In this document: one piece after another, positions 37,104 to 50,327 of the stretch
Numbering within the stretch: the first letter of the stretch is position 1
Layout: each line of letters opens with the position of its first letter
NCBI RefSeq assembly: GCF_006345805.1
Contig: NC_042997.1
Location: forward strand, 171,988,001 to 172,052,000
Direction: 5' to 3'
Source of the DNA: Octopus sinensis
Lineage: Eukaryota
DNA length: 64,000 nucleotides
Program-made: the position numbers and the translations under genes
Notes under the pieces: generated by a model
Told to the model about the DNA's origin: nothing
What the model saw: only the letters and a program-made list of their open reading frames with translations
Database searches by the model: none

Positions 37104-37533
37104 TATATATATATGTATGTAGATATACGATAAGTGCAGGTGTGGTTATATGTGCACATATAGCTGTGTGATAAAAATCTTACTTCCATACTATATGGTT
37201 TTGGGTTCAGTCCTGCTGAATGGTACCCAAAGCCAAGCAAAGCTTGATGCGTGGATTTGGTCAAGGTGGTGAGCCAGCAGAAACATTAGCTTGCTGGGTG
37301 AAATGCTTAGCGGTATCACATTTGTCATTACGTTCTGGTTTCAAATTCCACTGAGGTTGACTTTGCCTTTCATACTTTTGAAGTCAATAAATTAAGTACC
37401 AGTTGTGTACTGGGGTTGATCTATTTGACTGGACCCCTCCCCAAAAATTTCAGGCCTTGTGCCTAAAGTAGAAAGGGATGAGCAGATTTAGAAGATAGAA
37501 AGAGAACAATGCCTGTCATACATACATACATAC

Positions 37534-37577
<44 letters not shown>

Positions 37578-37639
37578 CGCCATGATAGATTGCTAGCCAC
37601 TACACATTTTTTATTTTCTCTCCTTGTTTCTTTGTGTTC

Positions 37640-37675
37640 CTTTCTGTGGAAGAGCGTAGGCCCGAAACGTTAAAG
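37640..37675 (+). ncRNA. Minimal type I hammerhead-like motif (A6U variant) in a Penelope pLTR
   Basis: cttt-CTGTGGA-a-gagc(gtag)gccc-GAAAC-GT-T-aaag. The flanking repeat matches DNA downstream of the GIY-YIG remnant at 2430-2490. Confidence 0.5.
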
Positions 37676-37797
37676 ACTTTTTCACATTACCGAGCATTAT
37701 ATTAATACATCTGTTCATTGTCTACACCACCCGTCTTCGTCTTCTGTTGTTTTTTTTTTGTGAATTCTCCCTAAATATATATATATATATATATACA

Positions 37798-38491
37798 CTA
37801 GCAGCATAGCCCGGCGTTGCCCGGGTATGTAAGAGCCCCTAGTAGGCAACGACTAATCCCAATCTAGTCCTTTCCCTCTAGGGAACAAAGGCGCATGTGT
37901 AGGTTGCAATGTCTTCTCTTCACTCCCAAATAACTATCAAACAGCTATCGATAATTCAACCCAACCAATTCCTACCAGGAAGAAATTACATTGGAGACTT
38001 TACCCCCAACATCGTCACTTCAGCTAATAGCTGCTGCAGCCGCAAGTTATTTGAATACTTGTTTTGTTTAAACTTTCTTTATAACTACCACCCCAAACCT
38101 TAAATTTTTGACGTACCCTAAGGGTCCTCGGACGCTACTTGCAAACTCTTGGTTTATTATAAACCGATTTTGTCGTGTGAACCAAAAAACCTTTTCCATT
38201 CGTTTGTTCAGTTTGGTCACTTTTGACTTTTTCGTTGTTGTCACTCACATTGCTGCCCGCTTTTTTGCATATAAAAAGCTTAGATTCTCGACCCCATGTC
38301 GAATTTATCAATTTTTTTCAGAACTGGGGGAACTTTTCAAAATTTCCGCTGCGTTAGTTTTGAATTATGACATTGGGCTATGTGTGTGTCAAGTTTCATC
38401 AGAATCGGTTGAAAGCCGTGGTCAGGGTGAGGGTACAACCTGACAGACACACAGACACACACACAGACAAACTGCCGTTTATATATATAGA
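37798..38491 (-). mobile_element. Non-autonomous Helitron
   Basis: CTAG at 37798-37801 with the hairpin gcccggcgttgcccggg; 5' TCTATATATATAAAC at 38491. Confidence 0.75.
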
Positions 38492-38851
38492 TATATATAT
38501 ATATATATATACACATATATATATATATATACACATACATACATACACACACATACATACATAACATACATACATTCATACATACATACATACATACATA
38601 CATACATACATACATACATACATACATACACATATATGTCATCATCAAATTTGATGACCAAGCAGCTGCAATAAATAAATTAATTAAATAAATAACAGGA
38701 CAAAATGAAAGTGGAAGCTCAAGTATTTTATTACTATTAAGAAGACTTGTTCTGGCACAGAATTATTTGCTATAAACCTCACATTCACATTTACTTCTTT
38801 CTGAAGAGTTAGAATGGGATTTATGAACTTTCATGTTAGTGCTTATACACT

Positions 38852-39240
38852 TTTACTCTCTTACTTGTTTCAGTCATTTGACTGCGGCCATGCTGGAGCA
38901 CTGCCTTTTAGTCAAACGAATTGACCCCAGCACTTATTCTTTGTAAGCCTAGTACTTATTCTATCGGTCTCTTTTGCCGAACTGCTAAGTTATGGGGATG
39001 TAAACACACCAGCATCGGTTGTCAAGCGATATGCACACACATACACATATATATATATATATATATATACATATATACAATGGGCTTCTTTGAGTTTCCG
39101 TCTACCAAATCCACTCACAAGGCTTTGGTCAGCCCGAGGCTATAGTAGAGGACACTTGCCCAAGGTCCCACACAGTGGGACTGAACCTAGAATCATGTGG
39201 TTGGTAAGCAAGCTACTTACCACACAGCCACTCCTGCACC
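38852..39240 (-). mobile_element. tRNA-derived SINE, family A
   Basis: Full length. Confidence 0.85.
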
Positions 39241-39299
39241 TATAATTAATTTGTTCAATTGTGTATGCCCATTCTCATGAGCATACTCATGAGCATACT

Positions 39300-39630
39300 A
39301 AGGCAGGTACGTTAAGCACAACCACTGCTTCTTGAGACCACACACTGAGGTCTCCTGCTGAAGTTGTACACTCAGCCAGAGTTCTCCCTGTTCAGTCTTT
39401 GATTGCCATTATTCCATTCTCATCTTTGTTGCCCATGAGCTTGTTCTGTTTACCTACTCCTCAAAGATAAGAGCACATAGGTTCTAAGACTTGTTAACAT
39501 GGCCAAAGTACTACAGTCTCCATTACCTAACCATCATCCCCAAATTTTGTTCTACTCATATTTTGTATCAGACCAAATTCGTTTAATTCTGCAGGTCACT
39601 CTTCTCTTCTCATCCAATTTCATACAATTA
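39300..39630 (-). pseudogene. Old RTE C-terminal remnant
   Basis: RLQYFGHV...W.NGIKD*TGRTLAEC by manual translation. Confidence 0.5.
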
Positions 39631-39977
39631 TAAAGTACTGGTGCCAGTGAAAAAAAGCACTTTTTCACTGGTAAAAAAGTGCTTTTTACCAGTAAAAAGC
39701 ACTCAATCCACTCTGCAGTGTAGTTGATGTTGGGAAGGGCATCCAGCTACAAGAACCATGCCAAAACAGACACAAAAGCCTGGTGTAGTCTTCTTCCTGG
39801 CCAGCTCCTGTCAAACTGCCAGCATGGAAGGTGGATGTTAAACAATAATGATGAGGATAAAGATGATAAATTTAATTCTTTAGCATTCAGATTATTCTGT
39901 TAAATATAATGCTTATAAATTCACAGTGTTTAAAATTAATCATACATTATCTTGTAGCTTATAAACTTTGATGATAT

Positions 39978-40380
39978 TACTCTTTACTTGTTTCAGTCAT
40001 TTGACTGCAGCCATGCTGGAGCATTGCCTTTAGTCGAGCAAATCGACCCCGGGACTTATTCTTTGTATGCCCAGTACTTATTCTATCGGTCTCTTTTGCC
40101 GAACCGCTAAGTGACGGGGACGTAAACACACCAGTATCGATTGTCAAGCAATGCTAGGGGGACAAACACAGACACACAAACACACACACATATACATATA
40201 TATATACATATATGCGACAGGCTTCTTTCAGTTTCCGTCTACCAAATCCACTCACAAGGCATTGGTCAGCCCGGGGCTATATCAGAAGACACTTGCCCAA
40301 GATGCCACGCAGTGGGACTGAACCCGGAACCCAGAACCATGTGGTTGGTTAGCAGGCTACTTACCACACAGCCACTCCTG
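39978..40380 (-). mobile_element. tRNA-derived SINE, family A
   Basis: Full length. Confidence 0.9.
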
Positions 40381-40715
40381 TTTATAATCTAATATAGATT
40401 ATACATTATAGGGTAGGTATGAGAGGTTGAATCTGGCTGCTTTGAACATAAAAGAAGGTACAATATTTGGGCCAGATATGACCAAATTTAAATGCTTATA
40501 GATTAAATCACCTTGGACTCATCCATTTATTATTATTTGTTCAATATGGAGAACAAGGCCGTGCCCATGGTATTCACACCCATTCCAAGACCTTGAGATT
40601 GATGCCGTTCACATTCAGTTAAACTGTTACAAATTGATGATTGCAGGGAAATCATATGCATTTGTAAGCCAAAAAGTGCCAGCATCCTGGGAAGAAACAA
40701 CTGAACCAGCTAAGT

Positions 40716-41150
40716 TCATTATTTACATTCGATGGATATTTGTCCTCATTTTGTTTGTTGTTAACGTTTCGGCTGATATACCCTCCAGCCTTATTCAGGT
40801 GTCTTGGGGAAATTTCGAACCTGGGTTCTCATTCCTAAGGTATTTTTCAATGCTATTGTTATTATTATTATTATTATTACTATTATTATTACTATTACTA
40901 TTTTTATTATTGTTATTGTTATTGTTCAGGTCACTGCTTGGAATCGTACTCAGAATCTTGGGGTTAGTAGCCTGCGCTCTTAACCACTATGCCATATGCT
41001 GACTTAACCACTACACCATATGAAGAAGGCTGGAGGGTATATCAGCCAAAGTGTTGTGTTAACAACAAAAAAGATGAGGACAAATATCCGTTGAATATAA
41101 ATAATGTAAATAATGTAAATAATTCCTCATCTCTTAAATATAGAACTGCA
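40716..41150. mobile_element. Penelope-type pLTR in inverted arrangement, each arm with a decayed hammerhead
   Basis: 40761-40803 (-) gacac-CTGAATA-a-ggctg...cagcc-GAAACGTT; 41021-41060 (+) TGAAGA-a-ggctg...cagcc-aaagtgttgtgtt. Same family as 50630-50830, next to a GIY-YIG remnant. Confidence 0.7.
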
Positions 41151-41384
41151 ACTAGGTTCAGATGAATAGTCATTGCACCCCTATTTGCTGTATTATTTTG
41201 CTGTTCGTTATCATTTCTCTGCTGTCACTCCTTGCTCCCTCTCCCCACTTCTAATGACATCCACCCCTCATTCTTATTACTGCTCCTCTCCATATTTCGA
41301 CCTTCCTTACCTCTGGTAACCATTCACTACATTTACCTCCACCTCTATTTGTAACCATCTTTCAAACTTACACCCATTTATTAA

Positions 41385-41605
41385 CCCTTTCATTACTGTA
41401 TTTATTTTGAGATGTTCTGTATTTCTTTCAATTACTTTAAATATAACAAAGAATTTAGTAAAATAACTTAGTTATCATTAAGCTTGTATCAGGAACATAA
41501 ATTGTGACTAAGGTTTGGAGGAAGGTTTTAATTGAAACCTTAAGAAAACAAGACATTTGTACAACAGAGCCAGAGCCAGTTTCAGCTGGGTTGGTAACAA
41601 AAGGG
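41385..41605. mobile_element. piggyBac-like MITE
   Basis: TTAA|CCCTTTCATTAC ... GTAACAAAAGGG|TTAA (TTAA TSD, short TIR). Confidence 0.7.
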
Positions 41606-42680
41606 TTAATGCAGGTTAACCATAGATCCCTTCATACAACATACTACAAAATACATACACAGACACACATATATATTTGTCTATGCATACATACATAAAC
41701 ACACACACACACATATACATACATACATACATACATACATACATACATCCATACATGCATGCATACATACATACATACATACATACATACATACATACAT
41801 ACATACATACATACATACATACATACATACATACATGCATACAAGGTGGTGTTAAAAAATTTGTGGACTAGCTCTGTAGTGCACCAACAGATGGCAGCAC
41901 ACAATGTTGTGCACAGTGAGAGCTAGTAGTGACCAACAGAGTGACTTTGTTGTGTTTATTTCACAGGTTGTGAAATTTGTGTTTTTGTGATCACATGTAT
42001 GCTGTAGTCTGGCATTATTTGAACTCTAAACAGAATACGACATTAAAAAAAACCCTAAAAATTGTGATGTATGCACTGACCTCAAGGTCCATCATCATCA
42101 TCATCATCATTATCATTTAATGTTCGTTTTCCATGTTGGCATGGGTTGTACAGTTTGACTGAAAACTGGTAAGCTGGGAAGCTGCAAAAATTCTAATATA
42201 GATTAATATTATACTTGACATGAAAGTCAATGTCACTGCAAGATTAACCAGACACAAACTGCAATTTGCAACTCTGCCATGGAATTATTCATAGCAAACT
42301 AAGAATTTTCCCCAAACATTCATTAGTATGTGTAGGAAAATAAAGCTGTTTAAAGGACAAATAATTCAGAGATGCATAATTATTTCTTGTTAGGTTATTT
42401 TTTTAATGCTGCCTATATTAAATATGTTAATACTAAGTTAACTATGCATACAGTGTCACTGAATTATTTATCTGCTGAGCATTTCTGGTTTCCTAAGCCA
42501 ACCAATTTATAATTATGTATATTTGCTTGGAGGTGCAGATGTGGCTGTGTGGTTAAGAAGCTTACTTTCTAACCTTTTGGACTCAGGTTCAATCCCATGG
42601 GGTAATATCTTGGGCAGGTATTTTTAACTATGACTCCAGATCAGTTTGTGAGTGAATATGGTCAATGGAAACTGTGTAAA

Positions 42681-43095
42681 AGGCAGCGAGCTGACAGAAA
42701 CGTTAGCACGCCGGGCAAAACACTTAGTGGTATTTCGTCTGGCGCTACGTTCTGAGTTCAAATTCTGCTGAGGTTGACTTTGCCTTTCATCCTTTTGGAG
42801 TCAATTAAATAAGTACCAGTTATGCACTGGGGTCGATATAATTGACTTAATCCATTTGTCTGTCCTTGTTTGTCCCCTCTGTGTGTAGCCCCTTGTTGGC
42901 AGTAATGAAATAGGTATTTCATCTGCCATTACGTTCTCAGTTCAAATTCCGCCGAGGTCAACTTTGCCTTTCATCCTTTCGGGGTCGATAAATTTAGTAC
43001 CAGTTATGCACCGGGGTTGATATAATCGACTTAACCCCTTTGTCTGTCCTTGTTTGTCCCCTCTATGTTTATCGCCTTGTTGGCAATAAAGAAAT
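42681..43095 (+). mobile_element. SINE family B with tandemly duplicated body
   Basis: One tRNA head followed by two ~180-bp bodies. Confidence 0.85.
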
Positions 43096-43639
43096 AGAAA
43101 ACTGTGTAGAAGCCCATCACAAACACACACACATATATTATATGCATATGTGTGTATGTCTTTGAGTGTATGTGTTTGAGTTTTTCCCCCTTGATAACCA
43201 GTATTGGTTTATTTACATCCCTCTAACTTAGTGGTTCAGCAAAAGAGACCATCACAATAAGTACACTACACAGAAATGAAATAAAATAAAATAAACATTC
43301 AAAGTTCATATGTTCAACTGAGTCCTTGAAGGCAGTGCTCCAGAATGACCATAGTCCAGTGACAAAAACAAGTAAAAAAAAAAAGAAAAGAAAAGATCTT
43401 AAAAGAAAATCTTGTATGGCTGTGTTGTTGAAATATTTGTAAAATAACAGCAACATAGAGAAACAAAGCAGATATAGGCGTAAGCATGGCTGTGTGGTAG
43501 GAAACAAGCTTCCTAACCACATGGTTCCAGGTTCAGTCCCATTGTGTGGCACTTTGGGCAAGTTCCTTTCACTAGAGCCTCTGGCTGACCAAAACCTTGT
43601 GAGTGGATTTGGTAGACAGAAACTGAAAGAAGCCCATCG

Positions 43640-43672
<33 letters not shown>

Positions 43673-43679
43673 AGCAACT

Positions 43680-43880
43680 GGATATCATGAAGTTATCTCC
43701 AAGCTCCCTTTCCTCATCACATGACCAAGAAAGCTCAGTTGCTTTTTGCCCTTATCTCACAAAGCAGTTTCCTATTTACCACAGCCCAAGTCATCACTTC
43801 TTCATTAGACACTTCGTCAGTCCTTGCTACCCTCAATATTCTCCTTAAGAACCACGTTGCTCAATTTTCCAATCAGGCCT
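43680..43880 (-). pseudogene. Old RTE C-terminal remnant
   Basis: WFLRRILRVARTDEVSNEEV...QLSFLGHVMRKGSLE. Confidence 0.6.
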
Positions 43881-44099
43881 TGCTTACCATGTTCTCTTCA
43901 CCGAGGATCCAGTTGTGTTGACAGCTTGTGTTGGTTGACCACATGCCACATGGTCACAGCAGATGAGGAAGTCTCTCACAAAGATGAAGATTAGCTTCAA
44001 CTCTGCTTGACAGGTGCCCAGGAGGACTTGGGAATATACCAACAAACGGTGAATGCAGCAACATGAGGCATGCTCTTCACACCTAACTTAACCAAGCAC

Positions 44100-44870
44100 A
44101 TGGCCTAAAATTTGAGAGATTAAATTAAGTGATTAAATCAACTTCAGTATTTAACTAGTCCCTTTTCTTATCAATGCCAGAGGGATGAAAGGTAAAGTTG
44201 ACTTTGACAGGGTTTGAACTCAGAATGTAAAGAGCTGGAGGAAATAATGCAAGAAATTTTTTTACGACATTCTAATGATTCTTCCAATCTGCTGCTCCAA
44301 CTGGTTTCCCACTTAGGAACAAGGCTACCAGTTTTGCGGGGAGGAGGAGGTAAGCTGATAGCATTGACTCCAGTAATTGACTGGTACTTTATTTTATTGA
44401 CCTTGACAGTGTTTGAACTCAGAATGTAAACATCTAGAACAAATATTGCAAGGCATTTTCTCAGATTTAATGATTCTACCAATCTGCTACTCCAACTGGC
44501 TTTTCACTTAGGCACAAAGCTAGCACTTTTGGAGGGGGTAAGTTGATACCATTGACCCCAGTACTTGACTGGTACTTTATTTTATTGACCCTGGCAGGAA
44601 CTGAACTCAGAATGTAAAGAGTTATGACCAACACTCTAATAATTCTGCTAACTCACTGACATAATTTTTTTGATTTAAGCCCAAAGGAGAAATTTAGAGG
44701 GAAGGGGTTTAGTTGATACTATTCGACTCAGTACTTGACGAGTAGTCAATCCTCTATTAACCTGAAATGGATGAAGAGCAAAGTTGAGCTCAACAGAATT
44801 TGAACTTAAGCATAAAGAGCCAGAGGAAATATTGCGAGGCACTTTTGTCAGACATTCTACTAACTTTGCC
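44100..44870 (-). mobile_element. Cluster of decayed SINE family B copies
   Basis: Repeated ctggtactttattttattgacc / tttgaactcagaatgtaa segments. Confidence 0.6.
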
Positions 44871-45517
44871 AATCCACCATCCAACATGATACAGTGTATA
44901 ACAAAGCTATTCTTTAAATTACTAGTACAGTGCATTTTTGTGGTGTAAGTGTTAGTGGATGAGTATTTCACTGACTTTTGTGGCAAACAAAATCTTCAGA
45001 CAGAATCAATGTAATGCAGTGTGTATTAAGGCTGGCTCTTCTTGTTGTTGTTAAGCAACAAGATGGGTAAGGGTGATTAGGTGATGGTCTGGGGCTTATG
45101 GGCGGGAGACCCCAGACCTTGGAAAAAAAAACTTTGGTCGTCTTGTTGTAGTTGAGGGCTCTTCATTGATGCCCAACACCACTGGGAGGTGGCCCTCGAA
45201 GTAGCTGGCAATGGAGATCTCCAGGTCCAAATTCTTGAACGGTAGGCTGGCTCTTGGAATTACAGGAGTAGTTCACCCAGCAGAGTTCCACATGAATTTT
45301 TTCCAATCAAATTCACCCACAAATCTTGCCTTGGTTTAGGACTGTGATTGAAGATACTTATACAAAGTGTCATGCAGTAGGATAGAACCTGGAACTTCAG
45401 AATTGTGAAGCAAACTTCTTAACTATCTGGTCATGCTTGTGATGAATGTTCAAAAAGTTCTGACTTGTAGAAAGAGAGAAGAGGGCGAGGAGGGAGAAAT
45501 ACACATACACAAATGCC

Positions 45518-45657
<140 letters not shown>

Positions 45658-46424
45658 ACTGAGTCTGAAAGTCTGGAATTTAGAAAATTTTTTTTAATTA
45701 AAATATTTATGACTTTATTTCTTTTTAAGAAAATTTTCCTTCCTTTTGGTTAAAATATTTCTGTTCACATTTCTTGTAACTGATTACATATCTTGTTAAA
45801 TTTCTTTTTCTTTTTATTTCTTGTTTTTTTTGTTGATGGGAGGCAAATAATCTCAAACCAAGTGCTTCTTTATTCTTCTTCATCACTCAAAATTATTGCC
45901 CTTAAGAACAAAGAACACTGTCCATTTTTGAATTCTCTGGAAAGTGATCAATCTTTGGAACAAAAAGAGACTAAGAAACATCTAAAGAACTATTTGGGGT
46001 ATTTCTTGCCCCCCCCCCATCTCTCTTTTACATAATCAAACACCGGTAAAAATTTTACTCTGATCTGCCATTAGTTCAAATATCCTTGATTCTTCACCCT
46101 CTTTCTAACTTTGATTATTACATCACAAAAGCTGGGCTTATCAAAGTAAATTAAAACAAACAAACAAAATAATAAATAACAACAAACAAACAAGTAAACA
46201 AGCATAAAAAACCCTGCCAAAACAAATGCATTATTTAATTAAGTTTTCTACAAGTATTCACTTATTTTTCTTCTCTTTGAGAATGGCTAATTCATTCTTG
46301 AATTTAACATTTGTAACAAGTAACATCAATAACTAAACTATATTGACATTAACTATAATAGGAGCAATAAAAATAATGCTTTCTTTATTTAATAATAATG
46401 GCTATAGTAATAACAATATCAATA

Positions 46425-46465
46425 ATGATGATGATGATGATGATGATGACGATGATGATGATGGC

Positions 46466-46531
<66 letters not shown>

Positions 46532-46551
46532 GATGATGGCGATGATGATGA

Positions 46552-46595
<44 letters not shown>

Positions 46596-46651
46596 GATGA
46601 TGGCGATGATGATGATGATGATGATGACGACGACGACGACGACGACGATGA

Positions 46652-46685
<34 letters not shown>

Positions 46686-46705
46686 GGTGGTGATGATGAT
46701 GATGA
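46425..46705. repeat. (GAT/GAC/GGT)n microsatellite
   Basis: Direct reading. Confidence 0.95.
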
Positions 46706-46706
46706 T

Positions 46707-47076
46707 AACAAGAGCACTCAGGGAGCACAAACCTCTGCCAAGGCAACACCAACGATTAGCCGGAGATGATTTTTTAAAATGAGAATATCTGAAATAAACC
46801 CGACTGCTCTCACAAACAAGAATGCTAAAAATGAACCTGACCACTCTCAAAAATTATGTAAAAAAAAAACAGGAAAAATCATCCAGAATCTTTGTCCGGT
46901 ACCTGATTGATCCCAAAATTTACTCAGTTCATGCCAGTCATGAGGTCAAACTTCCCTGAAAGTTTCATCCAAATCTATCCAGTGGTTCTTGAGATATCTT
47001 GTCCATGGACACACAAATAAACAAACAAACAAACACAACTGAAAACAATACCTCCACCTTTGCTAAGGCGGAGGTA
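46707..47076. mobile_element. Helentron-associated (HINE/DINE-1-like) non-autonomous element
   Basis: Subterminal inverted repeat acctctgccaagg / ctaaggcggaggt, terminal hairpin acctccacctttgctaaggcggaggt and internal (AAAC)n. Confidence 0.6.
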
Positions 47077-47930
47077 ATAATAATCGTGATGATGATGGTG
47101 ATGATAAAAATAAGGACAAAGATAAATAAAGACACAAATAAACCTGCATAATTCTTTATTATTTTTCCTTAATTGGAGGAAATTCTTTTATAAAATTATA
47201 TCTATACTGGAATATTGATTCAATTCTTAGACATAAAAACCAATAAGTGAATGAGTCAAAGAGTGAAACCCCAATGTTATCACTCGGCTTGCTAGAAATG
47301 GCAGTTAAATATTTCTCAACTCATACTGTACTATATAGAAAAAGAGAAAGGCACATTGGATAAGGTACACCTAGATACTCTATGGAAGTTGTGGTGAGAA
47401 TAGTTTCAGGCTTATGCTCTTATCTGGGAGTGAGGAAGAGAAAGAGGGGAAAGGAGACAGGAAGAGAGAGGTTGAGAAAGAGAGAGAGAGGTGGGACATA
47501 GTGTCACTTTGTTTTTAGAAAGGTTAAAGCCATTTTTCCCAAAGTTAGCCCAAAGGAAACTGAGAGGTCAGTAAAAATTTTCTTGGGTTCTACAAAGTAA
47601 CATCTTTAAAAAAAAACATCATCATCATTGTCATCATCAACATCATCATCAACATCATCAACATTATCGTCGTTGTCGTTGTCATCATCACTGTTTAATG
47701 TTTGTTTTTCTTGCTAGCATGGGTTGGATGGTTTGAGATGTGTGAAAGTAAATGACAAATTTTAGATTTTTCTCTCTTCATGGCAACTGAACTTAGCAGA
47801 CCATCACCAGTTTTCTGAGGTTCTAGATTATCTTGCCGACTTCAAACCTTTTGTATTTCATGTTCCCATATTTCCAAGTCAGCCTTGTTCAGAGGTTCTT
47901 GATTTCTTAGTTTCTTGATTTATGGTGTTT

Positions 47931-47968
<38 letters not shown>

Positions 47969-48036
47969 GTATATGTATATATAAGTATGTATATGTGTGT
48001 GTATATATATATATATATATATAATATACTTTATTT

Positions 48037-48277
48037 AAAAGCAGCAGAAATATAACAAAAGCTGTTACTCAGAGTTTCACATTCGTTGGACAGTTTTGTT
48101 AAAACTGTCTGACGAACAGGAATGTGAAACTCTGAGTAACAGCTTTTGTTATATTCTGCTGCTTTTGAGAGTGTTAGGATTAAATATGTACACGATCAAG
48201 TGCCATCGGATAACTGATATTCAACCACACTTTCAAAATTATACAGCTGAATGTGAACATTTATTTATCCTCAGTAC

Positions 48278-48313
<36 letters not shown>

Positions 48314-48911
48314 ATAGTAATGCAATACGAGAGTATTGCTTCCCAGTAAAGGATAGCCCGTGAGGGTAAAATTATACATAAAAGTAAATAAATGGTACAA
48401 CGAAGCACCGATATCTACTGGAAAATAGCGAACGTAATAAATACGACGCTTATGTATAGCTTCACTGTGTATGTACTAGTAAAGATGCGTGTGTGCAACA
48501 AACATGAAAAAAATTGTCTTACCTCTAGGAAAAACATCTGAAAAATGAAAAACCTAGATAATGGATAATGCAGTACTGGTTTCGGATTTTTTAAAATACG
48601 CTTGCCAAACGTATACTTGATTTATCCTCATCAGCTGCATAAACCTCGACATTATTTCGTTGTACCATTTATTTACTTTTATGTATATATATATATATAT
48701 ATACCGGAGTAAGCACATAAATGTGAAACAAGGTGGAAAAAAGAGTACTCAAAGACCAGAGGTAGAGTAATATGCTTTATTTAAAAGCAGCATAAATATA
48801 ACAAAAGCTGTTACTCAGAGTTTCACATTCCCGTTTGTCGGACAGTTTTGTTAACTCTGGTCTTTCAGTACTCTTTTTTCCATCATGTTTCACATTTATG
48901 TGCTTACTCCA

Positions 48912-48949
<38 letters not shown>

Positions 48950-49059
48950 GTATTGAGGATAAATATGTGTTCACATTCAGCTGTATAATTTTCCAAGTGT
49001 GGCTGAATATCGGTTATCCGATGGTGCTTGATCGCATACATATTTAATCCTAACACTCT
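48037..49059. mobile_element. Nested inverted-repeat cluster of Penelope-like pLTR sequences
   Basis: Hairpin 48037-48166; inverted pairs 48167-48280/48947-49059, 48378-48404/48656-48682 and 48703-48760/48853-48912; three hammerhead copies. Confidence 0.75.
48105..48142 (+). ncRNA. Intact minimal type I hammerhead ribozyme
   Basis: ctgt-CTGACGA-aca(ggaa)tgt-GAAA-CTC(t)GAG-TA-acag: all core nucleotides canonical, GNRA loop II, predicted GUA cleavage after 48138. Confidence 0.75.
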
Positions 49060-49349
49060 TAAATTTACATTTCGAAATTCTGCCCTGTAGATGAGAAGTA
49101 AGTAAGTAAATAAAATTTTACTTTAATCTTGAAATGCGTATATAGCTAATCTGAGTTGTGTGGATTCGTTATATTTTCCCTTTGCTTACGTAAAAAAGTG
49201 TGTTACTCTCTGGGAGATCTTTAAGGTAGTAGAAAAGGCATTTAACTCCTATTCGTAAATTTGGTGCATGGCGAAGCAAATAGCTGACCCCTGATTATAA
49301 GTATTATAAGTATTATAAGATTATAAGTATTATAAGATTATAAGTATTT

Positions 49350-49860
49350 ATAATCGAAATCAGAATCGAAATCGATCAATGGAAATTGCGGATGTGCTAC
49401 CAGTGCCGGTGGCATGTCGAAACTCTGCTTGTGAAGACCCATTGAGGCAAGTGAGGATCAGAATCGAAATCGATCAATGGAAATCGATCAATGGAAATTG
49501 CAGATGTGTTACCAGTGCCGGTGGCATGTAAGAGAACTTTCCGTTTCGCGACCGTTGCCAGCACCGCCCCGTTTCGTGTCCGTTGCCAGCCTCGCCTGGC
49601 CCTCGTGCCGGTGGCACATAAAAAGCACCATCCGTTCGTGGCCGTTTGCCAGCTCTGTCTGGCACCAGTGCGAGTGGCACGTAAAAAGCACCCACTACAC
49701 TCACGGAGTGGTTGGCGTTAGGAAGGGCATCCAGCCGTAGAAACACTGCCAGATTTGACTGGGCCTGATGAAGCCTTCTGGCTTCACAGACCCCAGTAGA
49801 ACCGTCCAACCCATGCTAGCATGGAAAACGGACGCTAAATGATGATGATGATGATGATGA
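49350..49860 (+). mobile_element. RTE 3'UTR retroposon
   Basis: gaaatcgaaatcgatc start, modular gtgccggtggcac repeats and GAT tail. Confidence 0.85.
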
Positions 49861-49964
49861 TATATAGATATATATACAAATGGAAAATATGACCTACCTA
49901 TATTATGCAAATAAAAGAATGTGTAGTAAATAAACAAATGAACATATGACATGTTGGGGCAAGC

Positions 49965-50327
49965 GAAAGCGAAATCGAAATCGAATTGAACCAGCCAGGA
50001 CCCCTGGTCTGGTGGTACATAAAAAGCACTATCCGACTCGTGGCCGTAGCCAGCGCCGCCTTGACTGGCTTCCATGCCGGTGGCACATAAAATACACCAA
50101 TCCAACTGTGGCCGTTGCCAGCCTCGCCTGGCACCTGTGCAGGTGGCACGTAAAAAGCACCCACTACACTCACAGAGTGGTTGGCGTTAGGAAGGGCATC
50201 CAGCTGTAGAAACATTGCCAGATAAGACTGGAGCCTGGTACAGCCTTCTGGCTTTCCAGATCCCCGGTCGAACCGTCCAACCCATGCTAGCATGGAGAAC
50301 GGATGTTAAACGATGATGATGATGATG
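49965..50327 (+). mobile_element. RTE 3'UTR retroposon
   Basis: As above. Confidence 0.85.
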
